In this document: positions 11,752-24,122 of the stretch, piece after piece
How the letters are laid out: every line of letters begins with the position of its first letter
Position numbering within the stretch: the first letter of the stretch is position 1
Assembly: GCF_963921235.1 (NCBI RefSeq)
Contig: NC_086108.1
Location: 24,986,001-25,050,000, forward strand
Direction: 5' to 3'
DNA length: 64,000 nt
From: Mobula hypostoma
Taxonomy: Eukaryota
Program-made: the position numbers and the translations under genes
The notes under the pieces: generated by a model
What the model was told of the DNA's origin: nothing
The model's input: only the letters and a program-made list of their open reading frames with translations
Database searches by the model: none

Positions 11752-14038
11752 AAAATAATCTGCGGATGCTGGGGTCAAAGCAACACTCACAACACGCTGG
11801 AGGAACTCAGCAGGTCAGGCAGCATCAGTGGAAAAGATCGTTCGACGTTTTGGGCCAGAACCCTTCGTCAGGACTGTAGGGGGAAGGGGGCAGAGGCCCT
11901 ATAAAGAAGGTGGGGGGAGGGTGGGAAGGAGAAGGCTGGTAGGTTCCAAGAGAAAAACCAGTAAGGGGAAAGATAAAGGGGTTGGTGAAGGGGAGGCAGG
12001 GAGGTGATAGGCAGGAAAGGTGAAGAAAGAATAGGGGAAAACACAATGGGTAGTAGAAGGAGGCGGAACCAAGAGGGAGGACGTAGGCAGCTGGGGGATA
12101 GGGCAGAGTGACATAGGGATAGGGGAAGGGAGGGAATTACCAGAAGTTGGAGAATTCTATGTTCATACCAAGGGGCTGGAGACTACCTAGACGGTATATG
12201 AGGTGTTGCTCCTCCAACCTGAGTTTAGCCTCATCATGGCAGGAGAGGAGGCCATGTATGGACATATCTGAATGGGAATGGGAAGCAGAGTTGAAGTGGG
12301 TGGCCACTGGGAGATCCTGTCTGTTTTGGTGCACGGAGCGGAGGTGCTCGACGAAGCGGTCCCCCAATCTGCGTCAGGTTTCACCAATGTAGAGGAGGCC
12401 ACACCGGGAGCACCGGATGCAATAGATGACCCCAACAAACTCACAAGTGAAGTGTTGCCTCACTTGGAAGTACTGTTTGGGACCTTGAATGGTGGCAAGA
12501 GAGGAGGTGTAGGGATAGGTGTAGCACTTGCGCTTACAGGGATAAGTGACAGGTGGGAGGTCTGTGGGGAGGGACGTGTGGACCAGCGAGTCGCAGAGGG
12601 ACCGATCCCTGTGGAAGGCAGAGAGGGATGGAGAGGGAAAGATGTGCTTAGTGGTGGGGTCCTGTTGAAGGTGGCGGAAGTTACGGAGGATAATGTGTTG
12701 GATCCGGAGACTAGTGGGGTGGTAGGTGAGGACAAGGGGAACTCTGTCCCTGTTGTGGTGGCGGGAGGATGGGGTGAGAGCCAAAGTGTGGGAAATGGAG
12801 GAGATATGGGTGAGGGCATCATTGATGACAGCAGAAGGGAAACCATGATCCTTAAAGAAAGAGGACATTTGAGATGTCCTGGAATGGAAAACCTCATCCT
12901 TGGAGCAGATGCGGCGGAGACGGAGGAACTAGGAATAGGGAATGGCATTTGTGCATGTGGCAGGGTGGGAAGAGGTATAGTCGAGGTAGTTATGAGAGTC
13001 AGTGGGCTTGTAGAAGATGTCAGTGGACAGTCTGTCTCCAGAGATGGAGACCGAGAGATCGAGAAAGGGGAGAGAAGTGTCCGAGACAGACCAAGTCAAT
13101 TTGAGGGCTGGGTGGAAGTTAGAAGTAAAGTTGATGAAATTGACGAGCTCAGCATGGGTGCAGGAAGCAGCACCAATGTAGTCGTCAATGTACCGAAGGA
13201 AAAGTTGGGGAGCAGTACCAGAATAGGTTTGGAGCACAGACTGTTCCACATAACCAACGAAGAGGCAGGCATAGCTAGGGGCCATGCGAGTTCCCATAGC
13301 TAGACCCTTGGTCTGAAGAAAGTGGGAAGAGCCAAAAGAGAAGTTATTGAGTGTGAGAACCAGTTCCGCCAACCGGAGGAAGGTAGTGGTGGTGGGGAAC
13401 TGGTGAGGTCTATTATCTAGAATGTAGCGGAGGGCTTTGACGCCCTCTTGATGGGGAGTGTAGGGGTACAGGGATTGGACATCCATTGTGAAAATGAAGC
13501 GGTTGGGACCGGGGAACTGGAAGTTATTGAAGAGGTGGAGGGCATGGGATGTATCCTGGATGTAGGTGGGGAGGGACTGAACTATGGGTGACAAAATGGA
13601 GTCCAGGTAGGCAGATACAAGTTTGGTGGGACAGGAGCAGGCAGAAACCATGGGTCTGCCAGGACAGTCAGGCTTGTGGATCTTGGGGAGGAGGTAAAAC
13701 CGAGCAGCATGGGGTATGGGAATTATGAGCTTAGTGGCTGAGGATGGAAGGTCTCTGGAGTTGATATGGGGGGTGATGGTACGGGAGACAATGGTTTGAT
13801 GTTTTTTGGTGGGGTCCTGTTCCAGGGGTAAGTAAGAGGAGGTGTCAGAGAGCTACCATTTGGCCTCAGTGAGGTAGAGGTCCATCCGCCAGACTACTAC
13901 AGCACCACCTTTGTCAGTGGGTTTGATGGTGAGGTTGCGATTAATGCGGAGAGAGTGGAGGGCAGTGCGTTCAGAGGGAGTGAGGTTGGAACAGGAGAGA
14001 GGAGTGGTGAAGTTGAGACGGTTGATGTCTCAGCGACA
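11752..14038 (-). mobile_element. 5'-truncated Penelope-like retroelement (Neptune-like)
   Basis: RT plus GIY-YIG ORF, pyrimidine-rich 3' region, hammerhead-like motif at 11840-11876; 15-bp duplication tcatatgttaaacac at 11737-11751 and 14039-14053. Confidence 0.93.
12137..14030 (-). pseudogene. PLE polyprotein remnant: RT, Cys linker, GIY-YIG endonuclease
   Basis: FTMDVQSLY, QTKGLAMGTRMAPSYA, FLRYIDD, FLDL, YKPTD (12929-13651); YPCKRKCY and VIYCIRCSRCGLLYIGET (12374-12868); RFVEH, VATHFN, RLEEQHLIYRLGSLQPLGMN (12137-12367). Broken by a frameshift and stops. Confidence 0.9.
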
Positions 14039-15304
14039 TCATATGTTAAACACTTCATTCCCAGAATCATCCTCATGAACCTCCTCTGGACTCGCTCCAA
14101 TAACAGTACATCCTTTCTGAGACATGGGGCCCAAAACTGTTGACAATACTCCAAGTGCAGCCTGACTAGTGTCTTATCAAGCCTCAGCATTATCTCCTTG
14201 CTTTTATATGCTATTCTCCTTGAAATAAATGGCAAACTTGCACTTGCCTTCTTTACCACAGACTCAACCTGTAAATTAATCTTCTGGGAGTCTTGCACGA
14301 GGACTCCTAAGTCCCTCTGCACCTCTGATGTTTGAACCTTCTTCCCATTTAGATAATAGTCTACACTATTTTTCCTTTTAACAAAATACATTATCATACA
14401 TTTCCAAACACTGTATTGCACCTGCCACCTTTTTCCCCATTCTTCCAGTTTGTTTGAGTCCTTCTGCAATTGCATTGCTTCCTCAGCTACCTATATCCTT
14501 CCACCTGTCTTCATATCATCCGCAAACCTTGCCACAAAGTCATCAATTCCATTATCTAAATCATTGACAAACAATGTGAGAAGTCGTGGTCCCAATACTA
14601 ACCCCTGAGGAACACCACTAGTCACCAGCAGCCAACCTGAAAAAGGCCCCCTTTATTCAAACTCACTGCCTCCCGCCTGTCAGCTATTCCTCTAACCATG
14701 CCAATATCTTTCCTGTAACGGCATAGGATTTTCTCTTGTTAAGCAGCTTCAAGTGTGGCTACTTATCAAATGCCTTCTGAAAATCCATATAAGTAACATC
14801 CACTGCCTCTCCTTTGTCAACCCTACTTGTTACTTCCTCGAAGAACTCTAACAGATTTGTCATGCAAGATATCCATTCACAGAAACCATGCTGACTTTGA
14901 CTTATTTATCATTAGTCTCCAAGTACCACAAACCTTATCCTTAATGTTTGAAATCCTACACCAACCTGCTTTTCCCAATCCCCTTGTATATTAAAGTCTC
15001 CTATTACAATTGTGACATTACCTTTACTACATGTTGTTTCCAGATCCCTTTGCAAACTCAATCCCACAACTTGGCTACTATTTGGAAGCCTATATATAAT
15101 TCCCATAATGCTTTTTTTACCCCTGCAGTTTTCTTAACTCCACCACCAAAGACTCAACATTCTCTGACCCCATGTCACCTCTCCATAAAGATGTAATTCC
15201 ATCTCTTAGAGAGCTGCCCTTACCTTCGTGCCTGTCCTTTTGATACAAAGTATATATTTTGATGTTAAGTTCCCAACTACGGCCTTTCTTTCAGCTGCAA
15301 CTTA

Positions 15305-16640
15305 GGCTACGTCCTCACTAGACCGGATAAATGAGTAACCAAAGCTTTTTCGCTTCGTTTTGACCCTCTGTCCACATTGAAGTGGCGTTTTTCTCCCCCG
15401 AAAACACAGCTTTTCTAAAACACTGTCCAGTGTGTGTAAAACTGAAACCGCCGGTTGGGCGGTGTCGTGTGTACGGGGAACCAGAGCTTTTTAGAAACGC
15501 TGGCATGATGTGCCGGAGCAGATGGTTGTGTTTTCTGAACGCAACCTCCAACACACAACAACAATATCTGACAATAGATGTGTAACTGCCTAATATAGCA
15601 TTGTATGGAAATACAAGATAACACTGCTGCAGACATGTTTTATACATTTAAAAAGGTGCTTTATTAATGTATTGCTTGTGCAAACATACAATAGATTCAA
15701 TTGTCACCACTTCCAAAATGTCATTTTTAAGTAGTAGCTTATGTTTGGCAAAGACGTGAAAATATTAAGGCCAGAAAAGGAAAATTGTAAGTTTCACTTT
15801 TACTCAGGTAAAAATAAAATCACTTTTGCCCAGTAACTCATTTTATTGAACATGTTAAATACAGCAAAATAATACAGAAAGACATGGCAAAAGTAAAGGC
15901 AAACAAATGAGGTAACAGCAAATTTCACTTTTGCCCAGTAACAAACCTTATTGCATTTAATAGTAGCTGTCATCCCTTTCATCGATGAAGAGACTATGGC
16001 TGTCGGAAATGTTTCCAGGGTGACCCCTCTGTGGGAGTGGGGAAGATTTTGGTGGGGCCACTCGAGGGTCTGTGTGTCCGTATGTGTAGCTACTGTAGTG
16101 GCTGTGAGGCTGGTATTGTAGCAGTGAAAAGTACTGGGGAGAGAGGAGCCATCATATTCCTCATCATTGCAAATCTCTCTGCAACAGTTTTTCAATGTTA
16201 GTTGAAATGTCAGTTTTTCAATGTTCGTCGTCAGCCGGGTCATACTGTCTGTGAACTCCCTGTCGGTTGCCTCCATACGCTCCAGTATTTGTTTTTCCAT
16301 TTTAAGTCCTCCTGCGCGAAAGCTAACAGCTATCCATCGTTTGCCAATTTACTTTTAAGATTTTCTAGTCTGTAACTGGACAAATGCGCACCAAGTCTTT
16401 TGTTTGGCAATTTCCTTTCAGTTTTTCTAGTCTGTAACTGGACAAACGCACACCAGGTATACCGTTTTCTTTTCTCTTGTTTTATGTAGATGTGTCCTGC
16501 GCATGCCCAGTAGGAGGCGATTCTCCCAAATACCCGTTTTAATGTGGACGGAGGTATTTTCAGAAATGCCTGGTGTGAACGCCTATCATTTTTTATGCAA
16601 AACGGCATTTTCAAACTTATCCGGTCCAGTGGATGTAGCC
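15305..16640. mobile_element. Non-autonomous PIF/Harbinger DNA transposon
   Basis: TIRs ggctacgtcctcactagaccggataa / ttatccggtccagtggatgtagcc; 3-bp TTA TSD at 15302-15304 and 16641-16643. Removing it restores the host CR1 EN sequence. Confidence 0.9.
16205..16395 (-). pseudogene. Remnant of a probable Harbinger accessory (Myb/SANT-type) protein C-terminal coiled coil
   Basis: LSSYRLENLKSKLANDG*LLAFAQEDLKMEKQILERMEATDREFTDSMTRLTTNIEKLT inside the TIRs. Assignment rests on context and helical character; no DDE motif seen. Confidence 0.55.
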
Positions 16641-16934
16641 TTAGTGATGCCCACAACGTCATACCAACCACTTTCTAATTGCACTTCCAGCTCGTCCACC
16701 TTATTCCAAATGCTATGCACATTTAAATACAGCACCTTCAATCCTGCATTCTTCACCATTTTGAATTTTGTCTCTGTGGTACAATTTAACCCTTTTGCTC
16801 TGTCTGCATTTGTACGCAATCATTGGTTCGTCTTTCCTTACATTCATGCTACATCCATCATCTACCTGTAAACCTGCTGGCTCATCCTCAGCTCTACTAT
16901 ACTGGTTCCCATCTCCCTGCAATATTAGATTTTT

Positions 16935-17105
16935 TGGGGCATCCGTTAGTCTTGTGAGACCATGAATTTGCGCCTTGGAAGGTTTCCAGGTTGTATGGAA
17001 GACCGGCATTTGCCCATGCTGCAAGTCTCCCCTCTCCACGCCACCGATGTTGTCCAAAGGAAGGACATTAAGTCCCATACAGCTTGGCACTGGTGTCCTT
17101 GCAGG
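16935..17105 (-). mobile_element. 3' fragment of the ~560-bp RTE-related non-autonomous element
   Basis: Reverse complement matches 26205-26400 (ccatggtctcgtgagactaacagatgcc end). Confidence 0.75.
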
Positions 17106-17109
17106 ACAT

Positions 17110-17212
17110 TGGGGCTGAGAGGAAAATAGCATCAGCCATGATGAAATGGCGGATTAGACTCAATGGTCCAAACGGCCTAATTCTGCTCCTATATCTTATG
17201 GTTTTATGGTCT
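17110..17212 (+). mobile_element. CR1 3' UTR and tail
   Basis: atcagccatgatgaaatggcgg...ggcctaattctgctcct...tcttatggttttatggtct. Confidence 0.8.
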
Positions 17213-17580
17213 AAGTGCTACACATGCTCCGAGACCACCTTCCTCACCACCATTCAGGGGCCCAAACAGTCCTTCCAGTTGAGCCGCACCAAGAGCACTG
17301 GATTCAAGGGATGACCTCCAAGTCCATTGGGGTCATCCCTTGAATCCAGTGCTCTTGGTGCGGCCTCCTCTACATCAATGAAACCCACAGCAGATTGCGG
17401 ACCACTCAATTGAGCACCTTTGCTGTCCATCACAAAAGGCAGAATCTCATGGTGGCTACCCTTTCAATATGACTTTCCATTTCGTTTCTGACATGTCTGT
17501 CCATGGATTCCTATAGTGCCACAATGGGTACATACTCAGGTTGGCATGAACACCAGTTTCTCTTACTTCTGGTAATTACT
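17213..17580 (+). mobile_element. Decayed PLE GIY-YIG-region fragment with an internal perfect inverted repeat
   Basis: KCYTCSETTFLTTIQGPKQSFQ, then ggcctcctctacatc..., similar to 32340-32610. Confidence 0.8.
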
Positions 17581-18491
17581 CTCCCTTCCCCCTCTCTCCA
17601 TTTCTACTCTGCACTTGAAATCCTCTGAAAAATCTCAAAATAATCTATGTAACTCCAAAGAACAAAATAATGACAAACTGAATTACACTGTTTCCAATAC
17701 AATGGTTAATAAAAATATTGCTACTACAGTCCCAAATCCCTGTGGTTATTTCTACAAACAGTGTACAGACAAAAATCAGAAGTTCAATATATAAAGTGCT
17801 GCCTCTAATCACTCCACTTGGTAGGAGCGAATAACTAAGCAGAAATGCTTCATCACAGCATCTCATAATATATGTATTAATGTACATTTTTACATCAAGC
17901 CTCACGTTCTTTCAAACATTCGCGAGAAAAAATGTAATCCCTTTTGTTGTAACTGGTCTATCTGCTATTGAACAACAGTACAGAGACAGAATAGATGAAT
18001 GTCACAACAGTTTTCAATCATTTACAGGATGCGTGTGAAAGGGGTAAGACCAAGGCTTGATGGCTATCTCAGCTGACCTGGTGAAATGTGGGGGTTGGCT
18101 GTCTTCTTGAACTGTTGCAATTCAACTGACAGATGTACTCCCACGGAGAAGTTGTGTGGTATCCAGGGATTTACACACAACGAAGATCAGTTTCATAGAT
18201 GGTGGAAGGCCTTTGAAGGTCAGGAACTGAGTTACTGGATACAAAGTACAGAGGCTTCACATTGTTAGGTGTTTTTTCTGGAAACATGACTCTGACTGAG
18301 ATAGAAGATAGAAGGCAGCACAACCCAAGAATTAATACAAGCTCTAGACCCCTTCCGCCTTCTGAGTGAAATTGTTTCTACTCACATGACCTCGAATTCT
18401 AGCAACTACTTTATTTCCATAGTTTATGATCCCTCTAACAACAGAAAGAGGACACTCCTATTTATTCGATTTAATTCCCTCATACTCTACA

Positions 18492-19449
18492 TGTAACCCT
18501 CTCACCGTAGGCTCGTAATGAGTTATCTATCACTGTGAATTCAAACTAACAGCAACGTAACTCGACAATGCATGGGAATAACGATGAAAGAGGCTATTCC
18601 AGTAAATAAACACGTCACAGGTAAATATGATTTCGGGTAAACACAAACATGAAAGTTTGAATGTTCCTTCCAAGGGAAAACTGTATGAACACTGACACAC
18701 CCATGCAAATTTACCATTCGCCAGGAAACAATAATTTGAGTCACACCAGTATAAACTCAGATCGAAAATGTATGAACAATAATTTTAAAGCTATAACACA
18801 ATAACACTACATAATTAAAAATAAATAAATATATATATATCGTTCAAGATCATTGTTCCATAATCAACTAAATTTACTTTGTTTACTCACAACATGAAAT
18901 GGTTTTGCGCTGAAGAACCTGTCCCAGGAAACAAATATTCACGCAACTTCCAAAGAAAAAAAACATCAAACTTTCTTCAACATCGTGTTCTAACCAGCCA
19001 AATAAAAAGTGATCTGTACATTCTCCTTGAGAACATTGGCTGCATGTGGATTTTCCTACATCGCTATCTGACCTTCCAAACGGGTTTTCTGAGTGTTTCA
19101 CTGGGTGCTTTCCAATGTTCGTTGTCCGTTTCCATTCTCCTTCTTCCTCCTTTTTCTATCCCGCGCTCTCTAGACAATGACTTCTGATCTATTCCCGTGC
19201 TCTAGAAAATAGCTTCCTTCGATCTTTTCCTGCGCTCTCCAAAAAAAATTCACACAAAATCCTATTACCTAATTCAACAAACCTAACTTAAGCAACTGAA
19301 TTATTATTTTAACCAGCAAAAAAAACCTCATGATATAATGAAATTAAAGGAACACTTACTGCATTTTAAGAAAATCTGCAGAAAATAAAATACTCAACAG
19401 TATAACTATATTAATAAAACAATGTATGGTCTTAAACCAGGGCATTACA
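18492..19449 (-). mobile_element. Candidate solo LTR (~960 bp)
   Basis: Ends read TGTAATGCCCTGG...GAGGGTTACA on the minus strand (TG..CA with 5-bp inverted termini), with retained CpGs and short internal repeats. TSD unconvincing (taca/cata). Confidence 0.4.
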
Positions 19450-19489
19450 CATAAATTACGTCTTTCTTCGATTTCCTGATCTAATGATT

Positions 19490-20340
19490 TCTCACAGCAC
19501 AGTCCTCAAATTGTGGCCAAACTATCGGTGTATGCCTGTCTAGCCTAACTTTTCTAGCGCTATAAACCATACCTCAGCTAATAAAGGAAAGCATTCCACA
19601 TCACCTTTTAACTACCTTATAAGCCTGTTTCATTGCCTTAAATGATCTATGCTAATGCAATCTAACATCTCCCTGGTATCTCATTTATTTTGCATTCCCT
19701 TCCCAAATGCATTCTGAAGTGACTGCCATTTTGTTGCACAATTGTCAAGACCTTCTCTACCTTTTGACAATCCCTCTTGCTGTCAAATGCACAACCATTT
19801 TTACATCATTTGTAAACTCCTCATTCAGGTCAAGCCCTAATTCGGGTTTGTATCATTAAATTATAAATCTGAAATATCTCAGTACTGAGCCCTGTGGAAA
19901 TACACTGGAAACATTCTTACAATTTACTCATCAATCTTTCTGTTTCTTGCCACTGAGTCAATTTTAGGTCACATTTAATGTTTCCCTTGTGATCCCATGG
20001 GCATCTACATTTTTGGTCAACCTGTCAGGTAGCGCAATGACAAATGCATTGCCTTCAGTGACATTCCTTGTTACCCACTCAAAGAATTCAGTCAAGTTAA
20101 TCAGACAAGACCTTTCCTTAATAAATCCATGCCAATTGCCCTTGATTAATCTGTGGATGTTTTATAATGTCACTCCAAATAGATTGAAATATTTTATCCA
20201 TCAGCAAAGGCAATAAACTGACCTGAAATGATTCAGTTGATCTTTTCCTCCAATTTAATAAAACTATAACATTAGTGGATCTCAAATGCACTAGCACAAA
20301 TTCTGTTGTGAGGAAGGATTTAATATTCTGATTGCCCAAA
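19490..20340 (-). mobile_element. Heavily decayed CR1 RT fragment
   Basis: Minus-strand remnants of HGF.K.RSCL.NL.EF (~20080-20130) and PQGSVL (~19880-19900). Confidence 0.65.
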
Positions 20341-20699
20341 ATGCTAAATACTTACCTGGTTCCCTAGTATGATAAATTGGTCTCTTGACCACACAATCTA
20401 CTTTGCGACGATTTGCACATTATTGTTTACTTGCACTGCACTTTTTCTGTAATGGTTACACATTATTCTGCATTGTAATTGATTTACCTTGTTCTACCTC
20501 AATACACCATGTAATGATCTAATCGGCACAAGCAGCATGCAAGAGGAGTTTTTCACTGTTTCTTGATAGATATGACAATAACATACCAATTGCATCCAAA
20601 GATTCACAGTCTTCTTCCATAACAAAGCAAATTCCCAATACTTGTAGATCTAACAGGCCAGTGCCAATTTTTGACAATGTATAGAAAGCAAATGGGATC

Positions 20700-22170
20700 A
20701 TTGATGAAGTTTCCTGTCAATGCAAAGATAGATGGGAACATGGGTTGTGAGGAAGTTGCAAAGAGGCTCTTCAGGATATAGAAAGGTTATATAATGATGG
20801 GTGGAAAACAAATGTGAAAATCTATGATAGACAAAATACAAAGACAAAGTACTTTCTTAAATGAAAAGCTGAGAGGTATTAGTGTTAGAGGCAACTGGAT
20901 ATCCTTGTACACAAATCACTGAAAATTAACATGCAGGTATGACTGGCAACTAGAAATATAAATGCCATGTTAGAACTTCTGCAAGAGAATTTGGACACAG
21001 GAGTAGAAAGACAGGTCATCGCTGAATAATGAATGGGTTCTGTTTTAACATTTATCCTTAAGTTAGAACACACACAAAAATTCACTTGATTTGATAACTA
21101 CACCTCAACAGCATTATAATGATGGGCATTGAAAACACGTAAGAAGGATGAGAAAGGACGATTGCTAAGAGTGAAGAGAGAAAGGAAGCTAATTTTGCAC
21201 TCATAAGAGTGAAGTATTTTTATGTTGGATTTCTGAATTTAATTGTATTATGGGAGCTTGTTCATATCTACAGGTGACCATTCGGGCATCTGCAACACAG
21301 AGAAGGCCTGTATCTTGTTTATTTTATATAGTGCCCTGGTGAGACTGTAGCTGGAATACTATGTGCACATCTGGTCTCTACTCCTAAGAAAGGATGATGG
21401 GAAGGGAGGGGTTGGTGTTGTTGGGTGGGAGGGCTTTCATAGCATCAGCTCAGTCTATTAATTCTTAACGTACTGGGTTTATTATATCAAAAGAGATTAT
21501 ACGATGTCAGTCTATACTTCCAAGAGTTTAGAAAGAAGAGCGATGATCACATTGAAAGCATGAAAAGAATATAAGAGACTAAGAGAGGATGCTATGTTTT
21601 CCTAGGTTGAGGTGTTCAAAACGGAGGGGGGGGGCGGGGGAGGGGGGTTGTAGTCTCAGAATAAAAGGGAAGCCATTTAGAATAGAGACTAGAAGAAATT
21701 TCCTCACACAAAAGCTTAGGGGTCTTGGAAATTCTGTTCCAAGTAGGGCTATTCAGGCTTAGATATTAAGTATACCTAGAAAGTTATCAAGAGACTTCCA
21801 GGTATTAGAGAACCTGTGGGATACAGTAAAGTGACACTGAGATAAAGGTTCAAAGTACAATTATTATCATAGTATCTATAACATGATTCTTCTTCTTACA
21901 GGCAACCACAAGACAAAAAAACCCAAATGAACCTATCGAAAACAAACCATTAAACACCCAATGTGCAGGGAAAAGAAAAACAAAACACACAAACAATACA
22001 AGTAAGCAAGTAAGTAGCATTCAGAATGAAAGTGAGACCACAGGCATGAAGCCTAGAGTAGGCCGCACCTCAATTCAGCTCAGATCGGCCATGATCATAT
22101 TGTCTGATAAAGGAGGCACATGGGGTCAAATAGCTTACTCCTGCTGCTGCTAATTTTTGTATGTTCTTGT
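20700..22170 (+). mobile_element. Heavily decayed CR1 ORF2 3' half, with a LINE tail inserted at ~21845-22080
   Basis: Remnants of LY.ALVRL.LEYYVHIWS (~21325-21380), GKPFRIETRRNF (~21668-21705) and a CR1 3' UTR (~22083-22170). Confidence 0.6.
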
Positions 22171-22636
22171 GCACACTAATATTGCACTGAAGAACAAAAA
22201 CAAAAGTTAATAATCTTGTCAATTTAGGGAGCAATGGATGGCAAAGGCTTGGCTAATTTACAACACCATTCTATTGCTCAGCAATGAATTAAGTTCCCAA
22301 GTGTAAATGAAGAGAATGTAGAATTAACAATAACATATGGTCAATTAACCATGATGAACAATATCAGTTACATGGTGAGATGATTGTTTTACATGGGAAA
22401 CACCTTACCCAATTGCATTGTCTGTTTCTCTCAGAAACAGAGGCTGGCTAAAAGCCAATCAGCAGATTTATAAGGAAAAAGGTAACTATGGCTTTATTAA
22501 TAATTAATTGAACAACACCTTTCCCTAGGCTACAGCTGCTGTTGTTAAATACTACAATAGTTCATGCCCTTTCTAAGAGAGTTATGTGGGTTGAAACAAC
22601 AGCCCATCCTCCAACACAAGATGAAAATAAAATGTT

Positions 22637-22868
22637 GACACAAGAAGGGCTGCAGATACTAGAAATCTGAAGCAACACCCAAAAAATGCTGGAAGAACTC
22701 AGCAGGTCAGTGAGCATCTGTGCAGAAAGATAAACAGTAGATATTTCAAGCCAAGTATCTTCATCAGGTCTGGAAAGAAAGAAAGAGGTTAGAGGCCAAA
22801 ATGTCAAAATGTCAACAGTATAGATGCTGCCTGAGCCATTGAATTCCTTTAGTATCTTATGAGTTGCG
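22637..22868. mobile_element. Older PLE-derived fold-back mini-element
   Basis: Minus-strand pLTR end with tail and decayed CTGATGA...GAAA core (22735-22772), then a plus-strand arm (aaaatgtcaacag..tagatgctgcctgagcc). Confidence 0.65.
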
Positions 22869-23219
22869 TTTAAATTACTTAGCTGGTAAATTAAATTAAT
22901 TTAAATTGTTAGCTGGTTGAACGGGAGTTAAAAGGTGAGGCAGCAAGTACAACAGTGACATGGATGTTCTGCTTTTGGGAGGTACAGCAGAGTGGTGAGC
23001 CTGGCAAGTATTAGACTCAGGGAGTCCAGAGATCACAAGTTGAGGGAACAGGCACTCAACTTCAGCTGAGTTGAGGGAGGGTGAAAGAGAGCTCGACAGT
23101 ATCATTGTTTGTAGGCGGGAGTTTGAATTCACTACCTAACTGCCACCATGACCTTCCAAAGGATGGCTCAAATTTGAGCCCCTTTCCTGCTTCCTGATTC
23201 CTGGAAGCTGTTCTAACCT

Positions 23220-23627
23220 TTTGAATTGAATTGACTTTATTACTTACATCGTTTATATACATGAGGAGTAAAAATCCTTACATTACGTCTCTCTCTAATT
23301 GTGTAATGTGCAATTTATAGTAATTTATAATAAATATTATGTACAACAGGATAGTCAGTATAACATAGAAATACAGTTGCGTCAGCATGAGTTGAGCAGT
23401 CTGACGGCCTGGTGGAAGAAGCTGTCCCGGAGCCTGTTGGTCCTGGCTTTTATGCTGCAGTACCATTTCCTGGATGGTAGCAGCTGGAACAGTTTGTGGT
23501 TGGGGTGACTCGGGACCCCACTGATCCTTCGAGCCCTTTTTACACACCTGTCTTTATAAATGTCCTGAATAGTGGGAAGTTCACATCTACAGGTGTGCTG
23601 GGCTGTCTGCGCCACTCTGTGCAGATT
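23220..23627 (-). mobile_element. Rex1/Babar-type LINE 3' end
   Basis: ORF 23382-23615 LPTIQDIYKDRC..RARRI..PSHPNH.LFQLLPS..RTNRLRDSFF.QAVRLLN; (TCAAT)n tail. Confidence 0.85.
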
Positions 23628-24035
23628 GTCCCAGATTATTCCTCGCCTACTCGCTGTACTGAGGTTGTATTTCTCAGTCTCTGGTTAGAGCAGGGTGACT
23701 GTCTTTCTTGTGGATGTTCCGTGGTTATTTGTATTTTCTCCCATTCTGAAGTGGTTCATCATCAATACCTTCACTTCTTGACCTACTGAGGACCTACAGC
23801 ATTCTGTGTGCACTTTTTTCATGGGAAGGAAAGGACTAGTATTAAAAACTGTGTGCAAGAGTGCCAGCTAGGTACTGGCTGCATTTAACTCTGCATGTTT
23901 GGTTCTATGCAACTCAATAGACAGAGAGCACCCAGAGAGCATCATTTAATGCTGATGTTCAGAGGTGATTTCTCTCCTCAAAATACTAACACCTCAGTAT
24001 GTAAGTGAAATGCCAAGTCGAATAAGTAAAATGGA

Positions 24036-24122
24036 AGACACATAAAAGTTGCTGGTGAACACCAGCGACTTCTATGTGTGTTGCTTGAAATTCCAGCATC
24101 TGCAGTTTTCCTCGTGTTTGCG
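24036..24122. mobile_element. 87-bp PLE-derived fold-back micro-element
   Basis: acacataaaagttgctggtg pairs with caccagcgacttctatgtgt, followed by the PLE tail; exact 13-bp TSD taagtaaaatgga at 24023-24035 and 24123-24135. Confidence 0.85.

Larger units (their letters stand above)
11062..16932 (-). mobile_element. Internally deleted CR1 LINE interrupted by two PLE insertions and a Harbinger
   Basis: Minus strand: ORF1/ORF2 junction motif ~16900-16930, LKVLYLNVHSI (16586-16819), YRLP/GDFN (14912-15106), RT remnants 14500-14900, LVRLHLEYCQQFWAP, 3' UTR 11062-11420. Confidence 0.88.

Noticed and set aside
12272..13303. 343-aa plus-strand ORF, among the longest in the window
   Set aside because: Antisense to the PLE RT/endonuclease ORF; G/V/E-rich composition mirrors the C-rich sense strand.
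13897..14475. Novel CR1-PLE fusion protein
   Set aside because: Chance read-through across the insertion junction at 14038.
21623..21648. Functional G-quadruplex
   Set aside because: Simple G-run expansion inside a decayed CR1; similar runs occur at ~3810 and ~36410.
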